Positions 36,701 through 64,000 of a DNA stretch of 64,000 bases are shown here, one piece after another. The position numbers were made by a program, and so were the translations under genes. Where the stretch lies: assembly GCF_048593235.1 (NCBI RefSeq), contig NC_133620.1:292469765-292533764 (forward strand), given 5' to 3'. How positions within the stretch are numbered: the stretch's first letter is position 1; every line of letters starts with the position of its first letter. The notes below the pieces were generated by a model. It was given only the letters and a program-made list of their open reading frames with translations. It searched no databases and was not told the origin of the DNA. The DNA is from Sminthopsis crassicaudata (lineage: Eukaryota).

Positions 36701-39700
36701 TTCAATCTGAGGATCACTTTACCCCATAGATCATCTTTCTGTATTGCTGGACCCATTTCCAACACCACTGCCTCCTTAGGAAATCCAATCTCAGCTCCTC
36801 TGACTTCATAGTCAGAGAGGGCGGGGGCTGGAGGACAATTAAAGAAAGGAAAAGATGAATTTAGGATAGGTCTTATTATTGGATGCTGATAGTTTGGGAG
36901 ATGAGTTCTTTGGGGGTCCTTGAAGTAGAGAAAATGCTCTGCTAAATGGAAAAAATAACTTCACATAGAGTTTTCAGGAAGAAGTTGTAAAGAAATCTAA
37001 CCTGCTAAGATTTTGACAGTGGTAACAGGAATGAACAAAGAGGGGCTGCTACCCTCACAGTTCTTGGGAATATTAGGGACTAAGGAAAACCTTAGGAAGA
37101 ATGATTTGAGGCTCAAATATGAGGTGCCCCTCTTCTGATTGGGATGTCTCTTTACAAAAATATCCTATTGCAACTAACATTGTAGATGGTAGATGGATAG
37201 GGAAAGCTAATATTTTATACAGAGGTTTACAAAATCCATTAGAGCTTTTTCCTCATAGCAATCACAGGAGTTGCATAGTCCAAGTATAAGTTTAAAGATA
37301 AGTAAATTGAGGTTCAGAGAGATTTTACCATTAAGTGATTTGCTTAAGGTTAGAGAGTAAATGGCAGACTCGAAACTACAACCCAAGTTTTATGAATCCA
37401 AAATGTAGTGCTGTTTCTACTAGGTTTTTGCAGCTGGTTGGAAATCTAGTTTCTGGAAGGGAACTAGCAAGTGGATGGCAGGGGCAAAAAAGCTGAAGGA
37501 GACAGTAAATGGGACATATGCCTAAGTCTTGGTATAGGGGAGCTATGAACATCCAAACAGGAAGGCTGGGGTGGAACCGGAAGTCTAATGGGGCCAAGTG
37601 TGGTGGGGGTGTATGTGGGGGCAGGGGGCTGGGCTGCATGCCTAGGCCCTGTTCTGTGCTACTCAGGATGTGGTGTGAGAAGAAGGAAGCCTGGTCTAGT
37701 AGAAGAGGGGGGAAGGGTGAAAAAAGTTTTCTTTAAAAAAGTGGGACTCAGACATCTAACTGCTTAACCTTCTCTAGATCCCTTTTTCTTCACCACTCCT
37801 TCCCCATGAAAATCTTGCTCTCTCCAAGGACGGAACAATCCAGTCTCTATCTCTCACCTCAGTAGTAACTCAAGGATTGGCCCCAAATTCCAAATCTTCC
37901 CTACCCCATTGCAACAATACCCATTGATTTTAGTCAATTCCAACAAATTCATCTTCCCCATTATCCAGTTATAAATCCTATCCTCAAATAATGCAGTCCA
38001 CTCCTGGGGATTGGATATCCTATCTCCTCTTCCCAGAGGTTCAGAGAGAAGGGCCTACCTATATCCTCACCAAGCCCCCTTGTGACCTTATATAGCTGAT
38101 GGGAGAAGAGTGAATCACCCCCAGAGCCACTGTGCATTCCTGAGCCACCCAGTCAGAGTGGGCGGGGTGGGGAGGTGGGGTGCTAGACAACTAAAGAAAG
38201 GAAAAGATGAATTTAGGATAAATAAAAGAATGTTTTATCTCACAAAGAGGATAACAGATTTACATATAAAATGCCTAAGCCTATAGATGATATAGGCAGA
38301 AAATACAAATGGATTTAAATAGAGTCTGGACAACCTTTTGATTGATAGATCCATAATTGTCTGTCAAAAAAATATACTTAATAGTTTGCCCTGGGAGCTA
38401 GGGGTGGGGGGGTTTGATTGTATTCCCACAGCATGGCCTTCAAGGCCTCTATTGACAACCACTTGGCCATTAGACTGTGGCTTGATTTACACAGGATCTG
38501 ATCCCCTTATTTACCTCTAAGACCATGTTCACAGAATTATAATTGAAAGAGACCTTAGCAATCATCTATTATGATTCCCCTCTTTTTCATACAGAGAGAC
38601 TTGTCCAAGGTTACAAAAGCAGCCAGCATTTGAACCCAGGTCTCCTGACCCCAAATCTAGTGTTCTAAATTCTTATCCTCACTCCCCAAATATATAGTCC
38701 TCAAACATATTCCTCTTTGTGTTCCATTCTTCTCAAGGACACCTAAGATATGTATCTAAGTTGGCAGACCTTACTATTTTTCTGAATTCATTCCTTGAAA
38801 AGCCTAGAAATGGTTCTTGGAGTTTCCCCAGTTTTGCCCCTTAATCTCTATGGGCTTCAGCATTAATCCTTCCCTCTCCCTTGCTCTGAGCTTCTTATGG
38901 GGGAAGGAGGAGTGAAGAGCTCAGCTTTTAATAACTAAGATTTAGTTTGCACATGTGCCGGTTTAGTGAGGTTTTCTATCTTTGGAGTCTGTTCTTCTGC
39001 TCACTCTGTTTGTCCAAACCTCCACCACATATTCTGTCATAGGTTCTCTGACCTGTCAGTCAAGGATTCTCTTGAAAGTGCTCTAAGGTTACTGGTGTGT
39101 TCTTTGCTCTTTGCCTCTTATATTTAGGGAAGGTCTTTTTTTTCTTTTACCTCTCTTACCCTATTTTTGATCCTGTCCTCATCACCTAGGAAAGTAGAGA
39201 CAAATATAATTCCCATAGGTCCTTAATTTCTAGGGAGAAGTTACAAACTGGTAGAAAAGTGACTTTGGTCATGGGTTCATTATAGTAGTGGAAGGGACTT
39301 CAAGGATCAACTAGTCCAATTCCTTCAGAGATCTAAAGCAACTTGCCCAAGCTGACAAGAGATATTGTAGATGGAAGAATCAGGATCCCCAGATTCCAGA
39401 TTCAGAATTTGTAACACAGTTACCACAGTGGCTCCCAGAATGTCTGAAAGAGCCTGTATCCCAAAAGGGAAAAATATGGGATTGGAAGGCCAAAGACTAA
39501 GGTTCCTCCTAGGAAGAGGGAAAAAACATGTTGTGAAAGGGAGTAAGAGTGGAGAGAAATTATGCTTTTGGGGGAGAAATATGTGGAGGTCCAAGCCCAG
39601 CCCATCAAATCAGTATTATCACATGTCCAATGCCTTCCTCTTCCATTTACCCCTTATTTATGTTGGGTTTCCTGGCTTTACTTTCTTTTCTTCCTTTCCT

Positions 39701-40643
39701 TCTGTCTTCTTAGCTCAAAATTTCTTTTAATGAGTCAGCCCTGGAAACCACTTATCAGTACCCTTCTGAGAGTTCTGTGCTGGAAGAGTTGGGCCCTGAG
39801 CCTGAGGCCCTCAGTACTCCTGATCCCTCCCCATCCCTGCCAGATGAAGAGGATGATGAAGAGGAGTTGCTGCTACTGCAAAGGGAACTACAAGGAGGAC
39901 TGCAGACCAAGGCTCTGCTAGTAGGTAAGTTACCCCCACCTGGTGATGACTATCAAGCTTGTCTAGGTTGCCATCTGGTGTCTGTTGTGAGAAAGGCTGC
40001 TCAGGTATCTAAGGAGGATAGTGATCTTGGAGCCCTGGGGCATTTTTAGAGCTGGGCTGGGACCTAGAAGTAGAAAGTAATCTAGTGATGAGAGTTCCTT
40101 GAAGGCAATAACTGTTTTAGCAACTGTTAAAGAGCTCTTAACCTGGGATCTATAAACAGATTTCAGTTCTAGAATCTGAATGGGAAAAAAATTGCATTTT
40201 TATTTTTTTTCTAAGCTCTTTAGTATTTTTTTCAGTTATAAATGTTATGTTGAGAAAGGATCATATTGGCAAAAAGGTTCATCAGTCTATAATCAAGGAA
40301 CATTAAGCACCTACTATAATGGTTCAAAGATGTTAAAAACTTTTGTCTAGTGTAATGATTGGTACATAATAGGTACTTTTATAAATGCTTGATTGATATT
40401 TAGAATGTCAAAGCTGAAAGAGAATTCAGGGATCATTTAATGCAAATTTGTTTTTGTGGCTTATTCATACTCACATATCTAGTTAACTGCAAAGCCAAAA
40501 TTAGAACTTTTGGTTCTTTTGTTCAACAGTCCTTTCTCCTGGGAAAGTGGCTAAGAAGTTGGTGGGAGAGGGGATGGGGTAGGACACAAAAATCATTGTG
40601 TCACGTATTCTTGTACCACACAGATGAGTCCTGTCGCCGGTGA
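33383..40643 (+). CDS. PPP1R18: Phostensin (PP1 regulatory subunit 18), 3 coding exons; exon 1 carries many frameshifting single-base insertions as assembled
   Basis: Exons 33383-35077, 39714-39924 (LKISFNESALETTYQYPSE, PP1-binding KISF motif) and 40624-40643 (DESCRR*). Exon 1 ends GKKRYPTAEEILVLGGYLRLSRSCLAKGSPERHHKQ. After removing duplicated bases the N-terminus reads MATVPDWKQQLLAKRRQEE. Confidence 0.92.
33712..33744 (+). repeat. (CAG)11 polyglutamine tract in PPP1R18 exon 1
   Basis: Perfect CAG run, preceded by cagcaag. Confidence 0.95.
36810..38220 (+). repeat. Pair of 60-70 bp direct repeats (36810-36868 and 38151-38220) in PPP1R18 intron 1
   Basis: 29-bp identical core taaagaaaggaaaagatgaatttaggata, each preceded by agtcagag.gggcgggg. 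Confidence 0.8.
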
Positions 40644-41513
40644 CCTTTCCAACAGGGAAGGCAGAGCTGCTTCTCACTCCTGAGCATTGAAGATCAATCT
40701 TTCATCCTTTGAAGTTGCTGTGCTGACAAACGCCATAAAATGAACTGTCAGGAAGGAGAAATCACATGCACTTCCTTCTCTACTTCACTTTCCTGATGCT
40801 GTGTCAGGGGAAAAGACCACCTTTGCCCTCCAACTCATTATCGCAGATTCAGACATTTGTTCAATGTGTCCTAAACATTTTCAGTGTAAGGAAGGGGGCC
40901 TTGGCTCAGTGTCTTCTGTGAACCAAAGAACCCAAGCTCCCTACAGAAGGGGGCAAAGCCTACTAAGTAATGAGATATACGTTGAACTTTCTTTCCATCA
41001 CTCTGTCCCATGAAAATAACTCCACCCTGCCAACAACCCACCCCACCCCCAGGTTAAGTGCCGGCCACCTGCCTATTGAAATCGGTCTTCATTCCCTCTT
41101 TTTGTTTACATGTGCATCTATCTCCTCTGAGGGTAAAAGATGTACTACTTCTCTTGGGTTTCCACCCACTTATGTTTACAGATTTTATTTTCCCAAGCCT
41201 CACTCAGCCAAAGTACCAGGTTTGCAAATCATGCATACCTGTATATGCCAACCTAACTATAACCATAGTTCAGCAGTGAGCAGTACTCTCACTTGCCTTC
41301 TACTGTGTGGAGCTTGGCTTTCTTCTTGAATGTCTAGCCTCCCTAACCTTGCCTTGTTCAGTATTATTTTGGTCAGGGTGACCTCAATCCTTTCCTCCTT
41401 TGTATTTTTGTATTTCTTCCAGTGACCCAGAATTAAATTGAAGACACAGGAGGGTCCTAATGAGGTCCTACCTCAAATTTCTTTGTTGTCTTTTTCTTTT
41501 TTTAATTTTCTAT

Positions 41514-41519
41514 AATAAA
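41514..41519 (+). terminator. PPP1R18 polyA signal AATAAA
   Basis: About 870 nt after the stop codon. Confidence 0.6.
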
Positions 41520-41929
41520 AAGGAAGCCTCTCTGGCTACCTTTCATTCTTCTGGTGAATAACTTATAGGGTGGGCAGCCATTTTTTCATATTCAGGGGGA
41601 AGGGAAAGGCATTTCCTTTTCTAGGGAACAAATTAAACTTTCTTCTCCAGCTTTATTGATTGTAGCAGAGCAAGAGACTTCTGTGCAGGGGAAATAGCTT
41701 TGGGGAAAAAAAATCAAGAAAGAGGAACTGAAAAGAAGAAGTGTCCCTGATCCCCTCCACTAATAGCTAAAACAAAACAAAAAAACAACCCAAACCTCCC
41801 TCTTCAGAGTAGCCCAAAGAAGAGTGGCAGAGTTTTGTTGTAGTTGTCTCCAAAAGGAATAGACTATAAAACTGGAAGGGCCCTCATTAGTTCATCTAAT
41901 TCAATCTTCCTCATTTTATGAACAAAAAA

Positions 41930-43250
41930 CCCAATATATATTAAGCATCTACCTACTCTGTGCCAGGTATTGTGCTAAGCAATGGAGATTCAAAAGAAGT
42001 TTAAAAAATATAGTTCCTACTCTCAAAGGAGCTCACAGTCTAATAAGATAACATGCAAACAACTGTGTACAAATAAGACAAGATAAATTGGAGATAATCA
42101 GCTGAGGAAAGGCACTAGAATTGAGTATTGGGAAAGGCTTCTCATAGAAGGTGGAATTTTATCTGGAGTTTGAAGAAGCCAGGGTGACTTGGAGGCAGAG
42201 AATTCCAGGACTAGGGGCAGCTCTTGAAAATGCCCAGAATCTGGTGATGGAGCGCCTTTTTGAGGAACTACAGGGAGGCCAAGTATTGTTGGATTATAGA
42301 GGAAGGTATAAGATGACCAGAAAGGGTAGGAGAAGGCATTAAGGGCTTTGTAGTCCAAGGAATTTTATATTTGACATGACAAGTAGGGAACCAAAGCAGA
42401 TTATGATGTCATATCATTGATTAAATAATTTGTTTTCAGATTTTGAACCATTTTACAGTATCCAGGGTTTTGCAGACAAGAATCCTGAGTGTTCCAGGAC
42501 TGGATTGGGTCCAGGAGCCTACAGGAGTAGTGTCAGGCTGCATCTATGCAGGGTTGCTTCCCGGGATGATGAAGATTCTAGATTAGAAACTTTGCCCTTC
42601 CCAAGACTCTTGGGTCCAGGATCTTGGACTGTGCCTGTCGGTTCTGAAAGAAGTTGGTCAAGGTTGTAGTGATGAAGTCTGCTTTGACAGATACATACCG
42701 CCTCCTGCTTTTCTCTCAAAGTACCCTGCTGCTTTACCTGGCTTACCAGCTGCCCTGTGTGGCGGTTGGTTGGTAGTTTTATGAGGATGGCTGACTCTTT
42801 TATTATAGAAATTGCTTCCCAAGGTGATAGTTGTAAAGACCGGGCTTGAAACAGGACCTGTGATTTAAAAGATGTTGCCATTCCCAAGCCCCATCTGACT
42901 CTTGGTGGTGGTTGGTCAAGTAGTTGGTATTGAGGAAGGTGGACCTCTTCTTCACAATGATGACTCCCCTCAGTGGATTCAGAAAAGGGGACTGCGAAGG
43001 AGCAGTCACACTGGTAGAAGAATCAGGAAAAAATAGTCATAAAAACTTGAGATGAACAATCTCAAAAACTGCAGAGATGTTAAGAAATACGGCTGAGAAA
43101 GGAGCACTGTATGTGGCCATTAGATGGCCAGTAATTTAGGAGAATAGTTTGGGTTGCATGGTGAAGATGGTAGTTAGGCTGTAAAAAGTTAAGAATGAGA
43201 GTTAAGTTTCCAAAGGAGTATCGCCTCAAAAAAGGAGAAAAGATAAAGGG
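41930..43250 (-). mobile_element. L2 remnant interrupted by a segment of about 600 bp
   Basis: taagcatctacctactctgtgccaggtattgtgctaagc...ctcaaaggagctcacagtct is the antisense L2 tail; L2-like sequence resumes after about 43040. Confidence 0.6.
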
Positions 43251-43959
43251 CAGCTACCAGAAGTGATGGAACAAAGGAGGGCCGAGCCAACATGGTGTGA
43301 GTGCAGGAAGTAGGCAAGCAGAGTGGTTTAAGAACAGCTATTTCTAGGTAAGACAGAAGGAGACGGCGACCGCAGGTATCTTAATGAACTTAGATGGTGA
43401 AAAAAGGAAAGGAACGTTCCATGCCCCCAGTGAAATATAACTCAAGATGCTCGATTGAGTGGATGAGAGAAAGAGGGAGTCTTGGGAGTTTTTAGGAAGA
43501 AAGAAAAGATTTGGAAATTTTTGGTTGGAATTAAGGTCCAGAGAGGTGGTCACTTCTCCAAGATGATGTTCAGAGAGCAGCAGTGCCAGCCTGCACTGAA
43601 CACGCAGCTTCTGATTCAACTGAACGAGCCCTCGGTCCTGCAGGGACTAATCTCTCCAGATTTGCCAGTCTGGCCTCGGAGACTTCCCTGTCGGTGGGGC
43701 CGAGGGGATTTAGGCATTTTCCGACTCTTGGGCATCATCACCAGATTTCAAATCCCTGTGTTTTGAGAAAATCCCATCCTTCCTTCTGCTCCACCCACGA
43801 GGCACTTTCCTCCCAGCACGGACCAGAGGCAGTCGCTTAATACTTGCAGCTCTCCTCAGCTCTCTACTGTCCCTGCTAACTGGGAAGTCCTTCTAGACAT
43901 CTCGCCTTCCCGCTCTTCCTAGCAGAAGAGTCCCAGCCTGGTCTGTAATGCCTCTACGC

Positions 43960-44293
43960 ATGCTATAGCACCTCCACGCCCCTAGGGAGCAGCCAGAAAG
44001 GAAGCAGGGCGGGACTTAAAAACCGGAAGTTTTGCTTTTCTCAGCCCTACGAAAGTTCCTTTTTCGTTAACTGCCGTTTCCTGCTCGTTTCCGTAGGTTC
44101 GGCACGGAAATGTTGGGCGTCTGGGGCCACCGGCCCTAAGAAGCCCCTCCCCCTCCCCGCTCGATTTTTTCTGTAGAGAGGAAGAGCGTCCTTTTCGAGC
44201 GCCCGCGCCCGCACCGTGGCTTTTGCAGCCGCTGCGGAGATCGCTCGGGCCGGAGCTCTGGAAGGCGTAGCGGGCTGACGTTCCGCAGTCTCC
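43960..44293 (+). promoter_or_regulatory. DHX16 CpG-island promoter/5' UTR
   Basis: GGGCGGGA at about 44007 and ETS site CCGGAAGT at 44023-44030; CpG-rich through exon 1. Confidence 0.7.
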
Positions 44294-59466
<15,173 letters not shown>

Positions 59467-59540
59467 GGGAACTATCTTTCCTTTAATCCCTCTAATTTCC
59501 TTTGTACAGATTTTTCTCAGTTTTTTTTAAATGTTTCCTG

Positions 59541-59549
59541 TTTATTAAA
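59541..59549. terminator. Overlapping polyA signals: ATTAAA (+, DHX16) and AATAAA (-, C6orf136)
   Basis: TTTATTAAA located between two convergent stop codons (59466 and 59842). Confidence 0.6.
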
Positions 59550-59841
59550 GATATTGAGAATTTTTATATTGGGACTAGTAGATAACATGGTTCACACATG
59601 CAGAGGAGTTACATTAAAGGTTTTTACATCCTCATTTAAGTTTTAATATGTACAAGTTAAACTACACAGCATGAGATGGAAAATGGGTAAGAAAGAAAAA
59701 TGGGGAGTTATGGATGAGGAGATTAGGCCTGCTATAGCCTCCCTACAATCCCATCCCCTTGTGCATAATAATGTGCTCAGTGTAGCCTCTAGCTCCCCCA
59801 GAGCAAACACAGACCTATGCCCAAGTTCCCCTCATCCTTAT

Positions 59842-61914
59842 TCAGGGCTTAGGACACAGATGTAAGCTAGCTTCCGTCTCTGGCTCTACCAAGCCCAGGG
59901 CTCCCAGGGCTCCCACCAGCAGCTTCTTGACGGGCATTGGAGGTGAATGTGAGGGCATCAGCTGGAAAGAGGGGAAGAGGAGGAAAGATTAATGTTGAGG
60001 GGGTAGATGATGTTAATGTTAAGAGTGTGTGTAATATACCCCACCACGAGTTCAAACTTACTTTATCCAGGCGATGACGGTAAATGAGGCCTTCAGAATT
60101 AAGGTAGAAAGTAGAATAGGCATCGTATGTCCTATAAATAAGAAGAAGCTCAATGAGTATTGGGATGGAAAGCTAAATTTATAGGTTTCTGAAGGAATAA
60201 GAACCTGGGAGAATTGAGATAATTGGAACTAGAAGCTTAGCTATTTAGGTTTTCCATTTCCCTCACCGGTAAAGCTCATCCTTATCCCGGCGGTAGAAAC
60301 GCAGGAAGAGGAGATGAGTAGGTAAACCCACAAGTCGCCAACGTGCCTGTAGTGTCCAGTCTTCAGGGTGTTGGCTCAACCTAAGAACCTCCAGCTGTAG
60401 CTGAGCAAAATAATTCCAGGCCAGGAATCGGCAGAGGGTCAGTGATAGAATGTACCACGTGCGGCCTCTAGACAAAGAAAAGTACAATAAGTTAGGGACT
60501 GAGCCAATCACTGAGAAAGTATAAATGACTATTTCCCCTAGAAATAGAGTTAGGATAAAAAGTATGTGGATTAGCCTTTAGAAGAGAATGGATAAGTTAA
60601 CACCTACTTTGGGATGAAGGAGGAGGCACAAAGGAAAGGATCAAAGATGAACTATACCTCGCAAAGATGGGATGAAACTCTCCCTTTGCATGTGTTATCA
60701 ATTACAAAGTGCATAAACATTTGATTTTTCAGTACAAAAACAAGTAGATAGGATAGAAATCAACATATTACACATGAGGAAATGGGTTTGGAGAAGTTAA
60801 GGGATTTGCCCCAAAGTTACCACACTACTAGGCAATAAGCAGAATCTAGGTCTTTTGACACTTGTGCATTCTATTATATTTGGTTAAATTTTGTAGGACA
60901 TTAGATATTTTGAAGAGAACAAAAAGAGGCAAGGCCTGGTACCATCAATCACAGTCTGGAGTTAAGAAGGAAATAATTTCCTTGGGGAAAGAGTATCAGA
61001 AAAAAGGAGAAACATCTAGGTCCAAAGACTGGAAGAAACAAAGGATTAGACAGTAAAGGACATTCTTGAGGGATTCCATATACAAGGACCCTCCATCCCT
61101 CCCTACCAGCATCCAGGTCTCACTTGGTTCGAATGTTCAGGATCTCATTGATGAATTCCACATCAGATGAGTAGAGGTTGTAATCATGGGAGCGAAGAAA
61201 CAGGTTGGGGAGCTACAAGAAGGAACCAGGTCGATTTAGTTCTAAAGGTCAGGCTTCTTGTCCTAGCCACCCAATAGCTCTCCCAAAACCTACTGGTTTT
61301 TTCTATTTATTTATTCACCTTCCTAAAATCATCCTTTCACCATTCCATCTTCTATTTCCCCAATCTGATCTAATAAGAACTTATCTATTTGAAAATGTAC
61401 ATTTAAGAAATAAGACTCCCCTGCTTCATAACTCAAAAGACCTTGACATCTTAAGGTTTGCCTAAACCCCACCACCCTCTATACATAAAGTAATCCCTTT
61501 CCCCTGACTCACCTCCTGCCTCAGTTTCTCATGCATGACAGCTAGGTGTTCCTCCATGCTAGGGTTACCTGATGAAGTGGCAGGAGCAGGATGAGCACTT
61601 CCAGGGGCCCGGAATGGGATCAGAGCCCCAGGATGGGGGCAAGGCAATTCCTCAAAGAGGCTTCTAAGCCCATCTAGGCAACCCCCATGCAATTCTGGCC
61701 CTGGCCCATCTTCTCCCTTCCCAGAGGGAAGACCCATCCAGGGTGATATGAAAGCTTGGGCCTGAGGAAGGGGCTGTTGGGGAACTTGGGGGAAGAGCTG
61801 GCTAGGAGGGAATGAGAGAAGAGGGAGCCGGAGATGTGGAGACGCTGAGGGAGGAGTAATTGTTGGTGAAGTAAGCCACAAGGGTAGGAATGGTGGGGCC
61901 TGAGGGTATTGGTC
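59842..61914 (-). CDS. C6orf136: C6orf136 orthologue, exons 2-6 (5'-partial; exon 1 not found in the window)
   Basis: Exons 61914-61513 (DQYPQAPPFLPLW...MEEHLAVMHEKLRQE), 61212-61124 (LPNLFLRSHDYNLYSSDVEFINEILNIRTK), 60467-60267 (GRTWYILSLTLCRFLAWNYF...), 60131-60062 (TYDAYSTFYLNSEG...) and 59961-59842 (LMPSHSPP...LCPKP*); phases consistent. Confidence 0.95.
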
Positions 61915-62399
61915 CTATGAGGAAAAGAAAAGAAAAGAAAAGAAACTGGTTACAAACAGAGGAAGTTGATTGGAAGGACAAATTTGTTTTTTTCATATTT
62001 ATCCATTATATGAGACTACTCAGCTCCCTCAACTAAAGTGGGCCCAAAGGCCAGCTATATTTCAGAGAGAATTATTGAGAATCAGATGGAAGTCATTACA
62101 GACTAAACTCAATAGAGTTTACTTCGTCCTGCTTTTTAATTCTCACTGCTACTATAGTAGATATTCTTACTACCTTGCTTAGCCTATTCCAATAGCTTCC
62201 TTGAGCTGTATTCCTTCCCACTTTCTCCCCTCCAAACTGTCACACTATTTGTCAAATTATTTTCCTTGTATACAAGTTTGGTCAATCCTCTGCTCAAAAA
62301 CCTTTAGTGCCTCTCAGTTTCTTGAATGAAGTTCAAACTGCTCTTAACTCCAGTGCTATGACTTAGCTTTTTGACTTCCTTCCACATAAAGCCTAGCAA

Positions 62400-63600
62400 C
62401 TCAACATTAAAGTTGTGTGGTAGGAGCTAGGTAGATAGAACATTTTAAAAAGACCAAAGTCTCAACCCTTATATTCTGTATAAGATACAAACATAACTTT
62501 AATACACATTAGATGGTGTACAACCTGAACTGTGAGGCTCAGGATGGGAGTGGGGTGGCTGGTCATCAGGGAAAATTTTCATGAAGGTGGCACTTAAAGG
62601 ACAATATGAGTTCAAGATGTGATGATGGAAAGGGAGGGTATTCTAGGCATTAGGAAAAGTGTAACTAAAGCAGAGGCATCAAACTATTCATGCAGTATCA
62701 GATTAAAATGTAATTAGGAAATGTTTAGCAAATAAAAACATAATACATAACGTTAATTTGTGGTTTTGTAAATCAATATGTAGCTCTCTGGCCAAAGGAC
62801 CTTTCTATTGATTTGGACTCTTGGTTTAAGGTTTAAACCAAAGGACCTTGGCTTCAACAGTGTAGTATTGTGAAAAGAATGCTATATCCACAAAGAACCT
62901 GGGTTTGAATACGGACTCTGCCAGGCCTGAAACGTTAGGAAGTTATATAACTTCTCTGGGCCCTAGGTTCCTCACCTTAAAATGATGGAATCAGATTAGA
63001 TGACATTAAGGTGAGTTTCCTTCCAGCTAAAAATTTACGATCTTATGAGCATAAAATGATATAAGACAGCTGGAAAGGTAGGATGGTGCCAGATTAGACA
63101 TAATTGAAAGTTTAAGAAAACAATTCTAACTTTAGTCAGGAGCAAAGGAGAATGTCTAAAGATTTCTGAACCAAATTAAATTCCTAAGAAAGAATATTGT
63201 GATAGCAATATGACCATAACAGGAGAGAAGAGTTAATAGGGAAAGTTCAGATGGGTGGGTGGTAATGAAGACCTTATACAAGAAACTCTGTACTGTGTAG
63301 AAGAAAGACAAAAGAGGATATATAAAGATGAAGTAGTTTACGGGATTTGATAAGTAATAGAGTATGGGATATGAGTGTGTCAGATAATAATTCCAAAGTC
63401 ACAAACATGAGAGTCATCCTTATAACAGATTCCATAAATCAAATAGAGCAGATTTAAGGAGAAAAATGTTTAGCTTGATTTTGAGTTTGAGGTCCAAAGG
63501 AACATTCCACTGAAAAGGTCTTAAAGCTGGAGATGCAGGTTTAGCACTCAGAAGAGATAATGGGGAAGAGGGGTGGATAGAGAACAAGAGCAGGGAAAGG
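62400..63600 (-). mobile_element. Degenerate L2 with an embedded MIR (about 62860-63050) in C6orf136 intron 1
   Basis: Purine-rich antisense L2-like text (ggtcatcagggaaaattttcatgaaggtggcactt...gtggatagagaac) and a MIR core. Boundaries approximate. Confidence 0.5.
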
Positions 63601-64000
63601 GATAGGATGACACTGCAAAATATTTATACAATGCTTTTTTTTTAAGACTTGCAAATTGTTTTACATATATTATTTCATTTGGCCACGTTATCTACATAGA
63701 GAGGATTAAAAAGAAGCTATGGGAGTAACAGCTACATAAGAAAAAGCATGTATGTTGAAAAGCAAATAACCCAAAGAAAGATTTAGGAAAAACTGACTTT
63801 AGGCAGGAAGAAAGGACAAAAAAATCAGGAAGGAAACAGATAGGAGAAGGAAGAACAGAGTATAAACTTTTCGAAGTCAAAATCAGGAAGATTAGGCAGT
63901 AGGAAGGAGTCAAGGTCTTTAGAAAAATATGGGTGAATTTCTTTTTAAAAGATGAAGGGGCTGAGGGGATTGAATTTGACTATTAGATCCTGGAGAGAAT

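Noticed and set aside
43480-43840. CpG-containing ORFs upstream of DHX16
   Set aside because: Short, no recognised homology; compatible with the promoter-island shore.

Overview
Marsupial genomic DNA from the gene-dense MHC framework block; probably an Australian dasyurid, inferred from a WSINE1-like SINE, a Mar1-like SINE and the L1 3'-UTR type. Gene order and orientation are FLOT1 (+, last 2 exons), TUBB (-, complete, 444 aa), MDC1 (+, complete, 1294 aa), NRM (+, complete, 261 aa), PPP1R18 (+, frameshifted as assembled), DHX16 (+, complete, 20 exons, 1042 aa) and C6orf136 (-, exons 2-6). This is the reverse complement of the human order. Exon boundaries were read by hand from GT-AG sites and checked for reading-frame phase. 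Introns and the TUBB-MDC1 interval are filled with L1, L2, MIR, SINE and LTR remnants. I found no wholly new biological system. The strongest leads: (1) a compact MDC1 with no tandem PST array and only 2 TQxF motifs; (2) a FLOT1 stop codon just before residues that resemble the eutherian tail; (3) a TATA/CCAAT promoter-like module with a 39-codon ORF in TUBB intron 1; (4) an overlapping two-strand polyA signal between DHX16 and C6orf136; (5) a solo LTR upstream of MDC1; (6) a dense cluster of homopolymer insertions in PPP1R18 exon 1 that is most likely an assembly artefact. Comparisons with human and mouse proteins and repeat-family names are from memory and were not checked against databases.
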